36,421 nt of DNA from a virus (IMGVR_UViG_3300020045_008977:1-36421); one strand, 5' to 3'. Shown: positions 16,974 to 25,914, numbered from the stretch's first letter. Notes: generated by a model not told the origin, from the letters alone. Made by a program: numbers and translations.

Positions 16974-17270
16974 ATGAAAATAGCTTATGAATTATCAGTA
17001 AAAGTCTCAGAGTACACCGACAGAGACGGAAACGTCAAAGGAAAATATATGAACGTCGGACGTATTCTGGAAAAAGAAGACGGGGGGCAGTTTATAATAC
17101 TTGATAGAACTTTTAACCCTGCCGGATGCCCGAACCCTGATAATAAATCAAGTGTTATTATCTCGATGTTTGAACCGAAAGAAAAAACTGAAAGTAAACC
17201 GGCTGAAAGAAAGCCTTTACCGGATGATTATTCAGAGAATCCATTTTCAGACGATGAACCGGCGTTCTAA
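16974..17270 (+). CDS. Putative single-stranded DNA-binding protein
   Basis: EYTDRDG..K.KYMNVG beta region and acidic tail SDDEPAF. Confidence 0.6.
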   Translation: MKIAYELSVKVSEYTDRDGNVKGKYMNVGRILEKEDGGQFIILDRTFNPAGCPNPDNKSSVIISMFEPKEKTESKPAERKPLPDDYSENPFSDDEPAF

Positions 17271-17271
17271 T

Positions 17272-17592
17272 ATGAAAAAGCGTATTTGTCCGGATGACTG
17301 CGGCAAGCCTTTAGAAAAAGGTCAGCATTATTGCACTGAATGCGGAGAGGCTAGAGAATACTTTAGCCAACTTGTCGCAATGGACAAATATCGTAAGACT
17401 GATAAATATAAACAGTCTGAAACTAGAAGTAATTTAAAGAGAGTCGAGAACGGTTATTTTAAAGCGTATAATCAGACAGAATCAAGAAAAGAATATATGC
17501 TAAATTATGACCGATCTGAAAAAAGAAAAGTGTACAAAAAACAATGGGCATTGAAAAAGAAAAGAGAGGGTTTATGTTTGATACAGAAATAG
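17272..17592 (+). CDS. Hypothetical basic protein with N-terminal zinc finger
   Basis: More likely start at 17272 (MKKRICPDDCG...CTECG). Confidence 0.65.
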   Translation: MKKRICPDDCGKPLEKGQHYCTECGEAREYFSQLVAMDKYRKTDKYKQSETRSNLKRVENGYFKAYNQTESRKEYMLNYDRSEKRKVYKKQWALKKKREGLCLIQK

Positions 17593-18383
17593 TTGAAGAA
17601 AAAGTTATACCGAAGAGACCGGAAAGAAAGCGCATTATAAATTTATACCGTGACCATTACCAGAATTTCAAAGTTTACAATATCCCTCGCGCTCAGCTCG
17701 TAATAGCAGACATTCCCTATAATCTGGGAAACAAGGCTTATGCGAGTAATCCGGCATGGTATGAGGGGGGCGATAATAAAAATGGTGAAAGCAATCTTGC
17801 CGGAAAACATTTTTTCGACGGTGATAAAGATTTTAATATCAATGAGTTTTTCCACTTCTGTTCAAAGCTGATAAAACCGGAGCCAAAAGAAAAAGGACAA
17901 GCGGGCTGTATGATTATATTCTGCGAGTTTGAGCAGCAGTTTGCATTGATTGAAATTGCCCGGCGTTATGGTTTTATGAATTATATAAATCTTGTTTTCC
18001 GGAAAAACTTTTCAGCGCAAGTTTTAAAAGCAAATATGCGTATTGTCGGCAACTGTGAATATGGGATGTTATTTTATCGGGATAAATTGCCGAAATTTAA
18101 CAATAACGGTAAAATGATATTTAACTGTCTTGACTGGGAAAAAGACCCTGCCGGTAAAAAGTACCATCCGACTCAGAAGCCTGTTAGACTTTTAAGAAAC
18201 TTAATTCAGATATTTACTGACCCTGAAGATATAATTATTGACCCAGTAGCAGGGGGAGGGAGTTCTTTAATTGCCGCTTATTCCGAAGGTCGTTCTTCAT
18301 ATGGATTTGAAATTAAAAAGAAATTCTTTGATGCAGCGCAAGAGCGGATTCAGGAGTATAAAAGTCAAGGCACACTTTTTTAA
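17574..18383 (+). CDS. Orphan DNA methyltransferase (N6A/N4C, beta-class motif order)
   Basis: Motif IV variant ADIPY, HPTQKP, motif I DPVAGGGS, GFEI. Confidence 0.9.
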   Translation: MFDTEIVEEKVIPKRPERKRIINLYRDHYQNFKVYNIPRAQLVIADIPYNLGNKAYASNPAWYEGGDNKNGESNLAGKHFFDGDKDFNINEFFHFCSKLIKPEPKEKGQAGCMIIFCEFEQQFALIEIARRYGFMNYINLVFRKNFSAQVLKANMRIVGNCEYGMLFYRDKLPKFNNNGKMIFNCLDWEKDPAGKKYHPTQKPVRLLRNLIQIFTDPEDIIIDPVAGGGSSLIAAYSEGRSSYGFEIKKKFFDAAQERIQEYKSQGTLF

Positions 18384-18402
18384 TCTCACACTCAAAAAAA
18401 TG

Positions 18403-18431
18403 TTGACAGATAATAATTAGCATAGTAGAAA
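18403..18431 (+). promoter_or_regulatory. Sigma70-like promoter of replication operon
   Basis: TTGACA-17 nt-TAGAAA. Confidence 0.65.
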
Positions 18432-18443
18432 TGTAACCAGATT

Positions 18444-18560
18444 AGAGAATAAATGCTGAATGAACCGCGGCACTTATTCTTTGGAATAACATAAGCCTCG
18501 TATTTCTTGCCGGTTCAACTCTTAATAGAGAGTGCAAGGAGTACGGGGCTTTTTATTTTT
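18444..18560 (+). ncRNA. Structured leader/attenuator 1 (hairpin plus bulged terminator with loop-bulge pairing)
   Basis: 15-bp stem with loop AATGAACCG; 18-bp stem with bulge CGGTTCA; T-tract. Confidence 0.7.
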
Positions 18561-18572
18561 AAGGAGAATATT

Positions 18573-18797
18573 ATGACATGGTTGAACTTCATGAAACAAT
18601 ATGATAATTCAATAGATGAAAAGGTTGCCGATTATCTTTTATTTAATGAAACCGCGTTTCCTTTTTCTGATTTAAAAATTACAACATATCAATTAAGAAG
18701 CGCTATCCGTGCCAGAAAAAATAATATACAAAGATGTGAGATATGCGGACAGAATTTAAATTTTCATAAATTCAATTGTTTGGAGCGTTTTCAATGA
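18573..18797 (+). CDS. 74-aa hypothetical protein
   Basis: AAGGAG RBS before ATG 18573; LLFNETAFPF motif, C-term CxxC. Confidence 0.7.
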   Translation: MTWLNFMKQYDNSIDEKVADYLLFNETAFPFSDLKITTYQLRSAIRARKNNIQRCEICGQNLNFHKFNCLERFQ

Positions 18798-18954
18798 TCA
18801 TTAAACTTAAAAAGGTTAAAAATGGAGATTGTTTTGATTGTGATGTTAGAGTTCTATCTAGAATAGTAAACATTATTTTATCAAATAAGCTAAATAATTT
18901 ATGCATGAAACAAGAGTGTGCTAAACATAGATTTATTTATAAACAGGTGAAATA

Positions 18955-19620
18955 ATGCAATATTTTAAACATATGACGGGGATGAGAAACGATTCTAAAA
19001 TAAAACGGGTTATAAATAAATATGGAATTGAGGGGTATGGAATTTATTGTATAATTATTGAATCCATAGTTGAAAGTATAACTACTGAAAATCCTATTCC
19101 CGAACTACATGAAACGTGCGAAGATTTAGCAGAATTCTATAACGGTAATACTGCAAAGATAAATGAAATAGTTAATTTTATGATAAATCAAGGGCTTTTT
19201 GAATTAAATGAAATAAACGGAAGAGTTCTTTGTAATAAAGTTTATAAATTTCTTGAACAGTCTCAAACCAGGTCAGAGGAGATAAAAAGGCTTATTAGTA
19301 GCTTTAAAACTGTCTCAGACAAAAATAGACTGTCTCAAACAAATATGATAGAACAAGAACAAGAACAAGAACAAGAACAAGAACCCAGAAAAAGATTTAC
19401 ACCTCCCTCTACTAATGATGTTTCTTTATATATTCAGGAAAAGAATTATAGTGTTGATCCTGAATGGTTTATAAATTATTATACTTCTAAAAATTGGATG
19501 ATCGGTAAAAATAAAATGTCATCATGGAAGTCTGCAGTTTCAACATGTGAAAGAAATAATATAAAATGGAAAAAAGAAAATAAATTTAAAAATAATAATT
19601 TTGAATGGCCGGAGTTATAA
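18955..19620 (+). CDS. Replication initiator (DUF4373/Lin1244-like N-terminus)
   Basis: YFKH....RND.KI......YG.EGYGIY; QE linker; C-term FTPPS..DV..Y, F..YY.S.NW..GK.KM..WK.AV; precedes dnaB. Confidence 0.8.
   Translation: MQYFKHMTGMRNDSKIKRVINKYGIEGYGIYCIIIESIVESITTENPIPELHETCEDLAEFYNGNTAKINEIVNFMINQGLFELNEINGRVLCNKVYKFLEQSQTRSEEIKRLISSFKTVSDKNRLSQTNMIEQEQEQEQEQEPRKRFTPPSTNDVSLYIQEKNYSVDPEWFINYYTSKNWMIGKNKMSSWKSAVSTCERNNIKWKKENKFKNNNFEWPEL
19257..19384 (+). repeat. Iteron-like repeats and (GAACAA)5 inside initiator gene; candidate origin
   Basis: ACTGTCTCA(G/A)ACAAA at 19309 and 19329, variant at 19257; GAACAA x5 at 19351-19380. Confidence 0.5.
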
Positions 19621-20892
19621 ATGAGCAATTATAAAATTGACGAAACACAAATGGCTTTAATCAGTACGGCTATTTTAAACAAAGAAAGATTTTTTGATCT
19701 TATGGAATACCCGGAAGACATATTTACTTATCCAATGTCAAACGTTTATACAGCTATGAAAGAACTGCATAATAAAGACATGGAGCTTGATCTTTATTCA
19801 ATAACAAATTATCTGCAGCATAACGACGATAAATTTAATACTGACTTTCTATTATCAATTTACCAGATGCCGACAGTAACAAATTATAAATATCTGCTTG
19901 AAACAGCTTTACATGTCCGGAATAAAAAAATTGTGGGGGATTATGCGACCGACCTTTTTAACCGCTGTCAATCCCGGGATCTGGAATATAAAGATTTTCT
20001 TGATCAGATTATAAATATTAAAGATTTAATCTCTGAACAATTCAATAAAAAATATGTTCCTCTCCGGGATGAGATGTATTCTTTACATACTGATAACGGG
20101 TTAAGATATTATAAAACCGGGATTGATAAGCTTGATGAAAAAATAGTGGGTTTGTTCCAGGGACGTTTTATAATAATTGCAGCAAGTCCAGGCGCCGGGA
20201 AAAGTACTCTTGTACGTCAAATCAGTTATAAAAAAAGATTCCTTTTCTTTACTCTTGAAATGACTAAGCAAGAGATTTTAGCTAATATTTTAATGCAGCA
20301 TTCCGGAATAGAATCGTGGAGAATTTTAGCTGATAAATTAACCGATAACGAAAAAGATATTATTGTCAAAGTTAAGAAAAATCTTGAACAGATAATGCAC
20401 TTCACTATTATAGATGATGTTTATGATATAACTCAAATTATAAATATAACAAAGTCAAAGCATAAAAAAGGAGAGATTGATGGGATGATTCTTGATTATA
20501 TCCAACTCTGCGGAGGGGCTAAAGGTGAAAATCAGAATATTAAAATTGGTTATGTTTCCCGGCAATTGAAAATGCTTGCTCAACAATTAAAGATTCCAGT
20601 TGTAGGATTGAGCCAGTTTTCACGGGGGAGCGATAAAGACGACCGGCAGCCGGAATTAACCGATCTTAGAGATAGCGGATCTCTTGAACAAGATGCGAAC
20701 TGTGTTATATTTCTGCATACGAAAAAAGAAGAGCGGTTAAAGGATGTATGCCCGATCAGTTTGATTGTTGCTAAAAATAGAGGAGGGCGCGTAGGGATAA
20801 TAAAAGATTTAGTATTTAAAAAGTCATTAAGTATGATTACAGATTTAGAACATGAAACGAATTTTGACAAAATGGGGTATATTCATGATTAA
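19621..20892 (+). CDS. dnaB: Replicative DNA helicase (DnaB family)
   Basis: AASPGAGKS, FTLEM, ILDYIQL, LSQFSR, DLRDSGSLEQDA, AKNRGG. Confidence 0.95.
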   Translation: MSNYKIDETQMALISTAILNKERFFDLMEYPEDIFTYPMSNVYTAMKELHNKDMELDLYSITNYLQHNDDKFNTDFLLSIYQMPTVTNYKYLLETALHVRNKKIVGDYATDLFNRCQSRDLEYKDFLDQIINIKDLISEQFNKKYVPLRDEMYSLHTDNGLRYYKTGIDKLDEKIVGLFQGRFIIIAASPGAGKSTLVRQISYKKRFLFFTLEMTKQEILANILMQHSGIESWRILADKLTDNEKDIIVKVKKNLEQIMHFTIIDDVYDITQIINITKSKHKKGEIDGMILDYIQLCGGAKGENQNIKIGYVSRQLKMLAQQLKIPVVGLSQFSRGSDKDDRQPELTDLRDSGSLEQDANCVIFLHTKKEERLKDVCPISLIVAKNRGGRVGIIKDLVFKKSLSMITDLEHETNFDKMGYIHD

Positions 20893-21328
20893 AAATTGCC
20901 CTGATTGTATCCTTGAACAAAGCTGTATAAACATAACCGTTAAGAATGGTAAATGCACCAGTTACCGTCCGAATGAAAACACACAAAGATCAATAAAGCA
21001 AAATAACACATACTGGAAAGTGATAGAATTATGGCACGAACACAGAAAGATTAAACCGGACGGCTCAATTGATTATGATTTTAACACAAAAGAAAAATGT
21101 CATATACAAGTGCGATGGGCTGTGAAATATATTAACAGAGAATCAGCAACTCATTTAATAGACAAGCGCGGTAATTCATTTTTGCATTTTGAACTTGATT
21201 CTATATCGTTTTCAACTCCGCATAAAAAGGCTAATCAATATTATAATGATGCTCTTTTATATATTGCTGAAGATATGAAAACAACTGTGGAAGAATTAAC
21301 AAATATGGCAAAGGAGAATATGAGATGA
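20885..21328 (+). CDS. NinB-like hypothetical protein
   Basis: RSIKQNNTYW motif and SISF; start probably 20885. Confidence 0.5.
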   Translation: MIKNCPDCILEQSCINITVKNGKCTSYRPNENTQRSIKQNNTYWKVIELWHEHRKIKPDGSIDYDFNTKEKCHIQVRWAVKYINRESATHLIDKRGNSFLHFELDSISFSTPHKKANQYYNDALLYIAEDMKTTVEELTNMAKENMR

Positions 21329-21525
21329 AAGCATTAAGAGAATTTTTTTATAATATTTATTTGGTTGAAAAAACAGAAAATGAATTCAGGGTTTTAGGTA
21401 AAAAGAATAGAACCATAAAAACAAAATTAAGTTTAATAGATATAGAAAAATTAAAGCTTTTAGCTGTTTATAATATTGAATTATCAGAGTTATTAGAAAT
21501 GATTAAAAGTTATAAAAAGTTATGA
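21325..21525 (+). CDS. Hypothetical protein
   Basis: ATGA-coupled ORF. Confidence 0.55.
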   Translation: MKALREFFYNIYLVEKTENEFRVLGKKNRTIKTKLSLIDIEKLKLLAVYNIELSELLEMIKSYKKL

Positions 21526-21872
21526 TAGATGAAGAAAAAAGACATAATATTTTTTCAAGAGATCAGTTTTTATGCGGAAATTGCGGAAAGCATATCGTTA
21601 CTTTTGGAACTCCTCAGTTGGCGCATAAAATAAGACAGGGAAAACAGGCTCAAACTCATGTAATGATTTACATATGGAATAAACACAAAAAAGACCGTTC
21701 TCGCAGATGGTGCAAAAACTACATACTTGATAACGAATTAAATTTAGTTTCTACTTGTTGTGGTTCATGCAATTCACATTTTAATATATTTTCAAAAGAC
21801 GTTGAACGGGATGCGCTGATAGACAGGATTATATTTGAGTCGGATTGTTTAAATACAGGGAGAGTTTATTAA
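21522..21872 (+). CDS. HNH-like nuclease-fold protein
   Basis: IFSRDQFLCGNCG, QLAHKI, NLVSTCCGSCN. Confidence 0.7.
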   Translation: MIDEEKRHNIFSRDQFLCGNCGKHIVTFGTPQLAHKIRQGKQAQTHVMIYIWNKHKKDRSRRWCKNYILDNELNLVSTCCGSCNSHFNIFSKDVERDALIDRIIFESDCLNTGRVY

Positions 21873-22091
21873 ATGAAACTGGATTACATAGAAAAGCGTA
21901 TTCTCAACTTTGTTATAGATTATAAAAAAGAAGTAGGAAAGTCCCCAACCAGAATTGAGCTTGCAAACGGCACGGGATTAGATCACATTTCTTTAGATTT
22001 AAATATGCAGTCACTTTCTAAAAAAGGATTTATTATTTTTTCAAGCAATGTTTCAAGGTCTATACAGATTCTAAAATTACCGGAGAATTAA
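21873..22091 (+). CDS. LexA N-terminal-like winged-helix protein (no peptidase domain)
   Basis: ILNFV.DY....GKSPTRIELA...L..KGFI......SRSI. Confidence 0.8.
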   Translation: MKLDYIEKRILNFVIDYKKEVGKSPTRIELANGTGLDHISLDLNMQSLSKKGFIIFSSNVSRSIQILKLPEN

Positions 22092-22092
22092 A

Positions 22093-22647
22093 ATGGTGAA
22101 CTTTAAATCAATGAATAACGAGATTAAGCTTTATAGCCAGACAAACATAGACAGCTTAATGATCAAGGCCGTCAAACAGGTTTTAGACTGTGATATGGCT
22201 CATGCTGTTAAAATAGCAAAGACTTTATGCAATGTGAATTCGTTCAGAAATAATCTTTATTACCCTAGATTTATTCAGCTTCAATTTGCAGACTGGTATT
22301 TATGGGGGATGCAGACACTTTTTGAAGTCGAAGGAAAAATGATTCCGGCATGGGATGAGACCGGATATATAAAAGCCTCAGATAATCAAATAGTCAAGTT
22401 TTTTAATCCGCAGCTGGAAGTTGTTAAATTCAAGAGCTTTGAGGATATTACAGACGCTGCAGACGGTCAATTATTCAAAGTCTATTTACTCAATAAAGAT
22501 AATCATTCACATTTTACAACGGCATATATGGACGGGGGGAAATTCTATTGCTCAGACTCAACATTTAGAGGTAGCCCATCAACCATAGAAAAGGCTTTCA
22601 AGACCGATAAAATCCAGAGCGTTAAGAGAATACAAATTATAAAATAA
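22093..22647 (+). CDS. Putative C39-like (papain-fold) cysteine peptidase
   Basis: LYSQ...LCNVNS...HSHF...SDS order matches Q/C/H/D catalytic residues. Confidence 0.5.
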   Translation: MVNFKSMNNEIKLYSQTNIDSLMIKAVKQVLDCDMAHAVKIAKTLCNVNSFRNNLYYPRFIQLQFADWYLWGMQTLFEVEGKMIPAWDETGYIKASDNQIVKFFNPQLEVVKFKSFEDITDAADGQLFKVYLLNKDNHSHFTTAYMDGGKFYCSDSTFRGSPSTIEKAFKTDKIQSVKRIQIIK

Positions 22648-22661
22648 AGGATGGAACTGTT

Positions 22662-22898
22662 ATGCAAAAATCGAATTTTAATTTTATTTCAAATTTGGGA
22701 ATATCTATTCAGGGTGTAGAATATAAATTCAATTCATTTTCCATTAGAGCTTCAAAACATGCTTATCTTCCTAAACAAAGATTTTATAATAGATTCAATA
22801 AATATAAAGAAAGAAAAGTTCAGTATCAATTATGCTTTTTAAAAAGATTTTCAATAGCTTTGGTTACGTCATTCGGCTTTAAAGATGAGTGCTTCTAA
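22662..22898 (+). CDS. Hypothetical protein
   Basis: ORF with AAGGA RBS; TAATG coupling downstream. Confidence 0.45.
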   Translation: MQKSNFNFISNLGISIQGVEYKFNSFSIRASKHAYLPKQRFYNRFNKYKERKVQYQLCFLKRFSIALVTSFGFKDECF

Positions 22899-23042
22899 TG
22901 AAAGTAATCCCTAACGAGGTATGGTGCAGAACTTGCGGCTATTATCGTCCCGTAAAACAGATGTCAATCGGGAAGCAATCAGAATTTAATGACAGGATAA
23001 ATTATAAACTACCTGAAAATTTAAACGCACCGAAAAAAGTTA

Positions 23043-23071
23043 TTGACACCGGAGTTAATATTTTGTAGTGT
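23043..23071 (+). promoter_or_regulatory. Sigma70-like promoter
   Basis: TTGACA-17 nt-TAGTGT. Confidence 0.65.
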
Positions 23072-23086
23072 ATGTTTATTAAAGAA

Positions 23087-23202
23087 GATAAACCTGAACT
23101 CGTGACTTAGGCTTATCGTTTTAAAATCAACAAAGCCTCTTGTTTTTTCCGTCACGAAGCTGGGATCATTTCCAGTTGGAAATTACAAGGGGCTTTTTTA
23201 TT
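23087..23202 (+). ncRNA. Structured leader/attenuator 2 (same fold as leader 1)
   Basis: Stem with loop ACTCGTGAC; long stem with bulge GTCACGA; T-tract. Confidence 0.7.
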
Positions 23203-23212
23203 GAGGTATGGA

Positions 23213-23797
23213 ATGAATACAAGAGAAATTGCTTCAGCGGTAAACAAGAATGACAGAAGCGTTCAAAGATGGATAAAAACTCTTAGCGTCAAAGTGTCGT
23301 CAATAAACGACAAAATGTCGTCAAGCTCTCCGATGTCTCCGGCAGATTATAATCTTGTTGAAACATGTATGATAATTGAACAGGGGCTCGGTAAAAATGC
23401 CGCTGAAATATTTAGAATGAACGCCACACATGGGACAAAAGAAATAAGCGTTGAATCAAGACTTGATAGGCTTGAATCTTTACTGGAAAAAGTATTGATG
23501 GTACAATTGAATAATATAGTTGTCAAAGAACCAGAAAAACAACTTACTTTTAATGATGTCCCCGAAAAATCAAAACGTGCTGAACTCAGAGAAATAATAA
23601 ATAAATATACTGCTCATCGAGGCTGTAATCATATTGAGGTATGGTCACAATTATATCAACAAATATATTACAGAATGAATATAAACGTAAAACTGTGTGC
23701 TGATAATAGGGGAATGGATAAACTTGATTATATAGAAAAGGAAGGATTATTAAACGAAGTTCTTTCACTTGCTAAAAAACTATTTGAGGTAAAATAA
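23213..23797 (+). CDS. Antirepressor-like DNA-binding protein (N-terminal HTH, ORF6C-like C-terminus)
   Basis: MNTREIASAVNK..RSVQRW HTH; C-term R..L..II..Y...W..LY....YR...N......KLDYIE..G. Confidence 0.6.
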   Translation: MNTREIASAVNKNDRSVQRWIKTLSVKVSSINDKMSSSSPMSPADYNLVETCMIIEQGLGKNAAEIFRMNATHGTKEISVESRLDRLESLLEKVLMVQLNNIVVKEPEKQLTFNDVPEKSKRAELREIINKYTAHRGCNHIEVWSQLYQQIYYRMNINVKLCADNRGMDKLDYIEKEGLLNEVLSLAKKLFEVK

Positions 23798-23798
23798 T

Positions 23799-24002
23799 AT
23801 GAAAAAATGTAACTGTATTAAATTAGTAAATGAATCATTACAAGAACAATACCCAGATGCTAAACTTGAAACAGGTATAACTTTTCCAGAGATGCAAGAA
23901 ATGTTATATGTTACTTTCAGCTATCAGCCGGTCGGAAAAAAGAAAAGGAAAAATCAAGTTGTCGTTGCTTCGTTTTGTCCATTCTGCGGAAAGAAAATGT
24001 AA
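23799..24002 (+). CDS. Small Cys-rich protein
   Basis: CNC...FCPFCGKK. Confidence 0.65.
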   Translation: MKKCNCIKLVNESLQEQYPDAKLETGITFPEMQEMLYVTFSYQPVGKKKRKNQVVVASFCPFCGKKM

Positions 24003-24127
24003 TGCAATATCAAGTAAAGAAATTCACCTGTAAAAAATGCGGAGTCAACTTTGATATAGAAAGCGACTCTTCAATACAGAATCAGGAACTATGTAACTGC
24101 TGTAAATATAAAAAGGAGGATTGAGTT

Positions 24128-24505
24128 ATGAATAAGCCCTTAACATATAAAAAGCACAGTAAGATTATTGCAAAACTTGCACTTTCTAAAAACCTGATCG
24201 ATAAAAAGTTTTACGATGAATTATATTTTGAGGCGTTTAAATCTTACGGAAAACCAAAAAGAAAAAGTAAATCCGGATATGGATTCGATAGATATTATAT
24301 TGAATTACATTATTGCACCTGTGATTATTGGGGAGAATGGGACGAACATTCTTTAATAGATTATATCAGAGATTTATTTTTTTATGGCAGTAACGCATTT
24401 GATACAGTCACAGGACAGCCGGTTAAACCTGTAAAATATTTCAGTTCAACAAAAGAAATAATAAAGCATTTAAGAAATATGAAATCGAAGGATGGTGAGA
24501 AATGA
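24128..24505 (+). CDS. Hypothetical protein
   Basis: AGGAGG RBS. Confidence 0.7.
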   Translation: MNKPLTYKKHSKIIAKLALSKNLIDKKFYDELYFEAFKSYGKPKRKSKSGYGFDRYYIELHYCTCDYWGEWDEHSLIDYIRDLFFYGSNAFDTVTGQPVKPVKYFSSTKEIIKHLRNMKSKDGEK

Positions 24506-24711
24506 AAAAGAATATTTATTTTAAAGTTTATCAAGATAAAGAAAGCATGAACGGAAACACTTATACAGATACGCTTGAAAATATTTTAAAAAATTTACCA
24601 GATATAATCAGAGAATGTAAGGAGTGCGGGGATAGTTTATTCCCTGTTTTTGAGCCTGTCGAAATGACAGAAGATGAGTTTTCAAAACTTCCAGAATTTA
24701 CAGGTTATTGA
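24502..24711 (+). CDS. Hypothetical protein
   Basis: C-term EMTEDEFSKLPEFTGY; ATGA coupling. Confidence 0.7.
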   Translation: MKKNIYFKVYQDKESMNGNTYTDTLENILKNLPDIIRECKECGDSLFPVFEPVEMTEDEFSKLPEFTGY

Positions 24712-24740
24712 TTCATTAAACAATATAAGGAGATTATTAA

Positions 24741-24944
24741 ATGAAAAAATTATTATTTGTTTTTATTCTAATTATAGCACTGGATGTATTCTCAGGTTTT
24801 TTAAATTATGCAGAAAGAAGAAAAGTAAACAAAGAATTGAAAGAGATTAAAATGACTATTGATAATGTTGAGTCACAGTTAAAAATTCTTACTCCGCCGC
24901 CGGAGTTCATGCAGCTGCCTATTACACGAGAGAATAAAAAATGA
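24741..24944 (+). CDS. Small N-terminally anchored membrane/secreted protein
   Basis: MKKLLFVFILIIALDVF plus coiled coil; AAGGAG RBS. Confidence 0.65.
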   Translation: MKKLLFVFILIIALDVFSGFLNYAERRKVNKELKEIKMTIDNVESQLKILTPPPEFMQLPITRENKK

Positions 24945-25342
24945 TAGAACGAGAATATATCATAGATGATTATGTCATGGTAGGCAATAAGAAATTTATG
25001 CTGAATTTAAATGCTTACCGGAATGCCTGTTTCCATCTTTTAAGCGATGCTAAAATAAACTTTAAAAATGAACTGTTGCTGACTTACCCGGAATTACGCA
25101 AAATCAAAGCCCATCAATTAAAACTCAATTACACAATATTCCCTCATAATGCAGGGCTTTTTGATACGGGGAATATTATTGCAGTCGTTGACAAGTTTTT
25201 TCTCGACGCTTTGAAAATAGCCGGCTGCATTCCTGATGATAATTATTTGATTGTGCAATATGATGCTCCCCCGACTGTTTTTAATGGTATTGCACGGGAA
25301 AATAAATGCAAAAAAATTGTAATAAAATGTGAATTTTTTTAA
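24941..25342 (+). CDS. RusA-like Holliday junction resolvase
   Basis: NLNAYRN, DTGNI...DKFFLDAL...GCIPDDN. Confidence 0.75.
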   Translation: MIEREYIIDDYVMVGNKKFMLNLNAYRNACFHLLSDAKINFKNELLLTYPELRKIKAHQLKLNYTIFPHNAGLFDTGNIIAVVDKFFLDALKIAGCIPDDNYLIVQYDAPPTVFNGIARENKCKKIVIKCEFF

Positions 25343-25360
25343 TTTTTTTCTGTATTTGTG

Positions 25361-25389
25361 TTGACTTTAGCAAAGCTATTTAGTAATGT
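25361..25389 (+). promoter_or_regulatory. Sigma70-like promoter of AT-rich block
   Basis: TTGACT-17 nt-TAATGT. Confidence 0.6.
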
Positions 25390-25417
25390 ATATTTATTGA
25401 AGCGAAGGAGAGACAAA

Positions 25418-25636
25418 ATGAATTTAAATCATAAAATAACAAGTTTAAACCAAGCCAATAATTTTATTGGAGCTATTACTGATAATCAATTAAAGCTTAA
25501 TAAAGGTAAAGATTATTTTTATTTTACATCTAGTAAGGGAAAAGTTCCTGTAAGCTTTATGACAAAATCAATAAAAAATATATGGCTTAATGATTTGATA
25601 GATTCAATAAAATATTTTAATGAGAAAAACAAATGA
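25418..25636 (+). CDS. Hypothetical protein
   Basis: AAGGAG RBS before ATG 25418. Confidence 0.65.
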   Translation: MNLNHKITSLNQANNFIGAITDNQLKLNKGKDYFYFTSSKGKVPVSFMTKSIKNIWLNDLIDSIKYFNEKNK

Positions 25637-25914
25637 CAAATAAAGTTAAAATAAACCCATGTAAAAAATGCGGTTCAATAAATGTTAAATTTAGAGATTA
25701 TGGATACTCTTCTTTTAATTGCGGAACCGCCAAATGTGAATGCGGTTTTAAATTAGATTTTGGTAATTTAAGTTGTTTTGGTGCTGTTGAATATATTCAA
25801 AAACAATGGAATATTATAAACAGTGAAAAATTTATTGAATCAGAAATATTAAAATTAAAAGAAAAAATAAAAGAACTAAATAAAGAAAAAAGAATTATAA
25901 TTAAGCATGGATAA
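25633..25914 (+). CDS. Lar-like zinc-ribbon protein
   Basis: INPCKKCGS...KCECG...QWN. Confidence 0.55.
   Translation: MTNKVKINPCKKCGSINVKFRDYGYSSFNCGTAKCECGFKLDFGNLSCFGAVEYIQKQWNIINSEKFIESEILKLKEKIKELNKEKRIIIKHG

Noticed and set aside
18507-18572. Upstream TTG extension of the 18573 gene (similarly 23201-23212 and 25358-25417)
   Set aside because: Extensions run through terminator or promoter sequence; downstream ATGs have clear RBSs.
19351-19380. (GAACAA)5 as a phase-variation tract
   Set aside because: The 6-nt unit keeps the frame and encodes the QE linker common in phage initiators.
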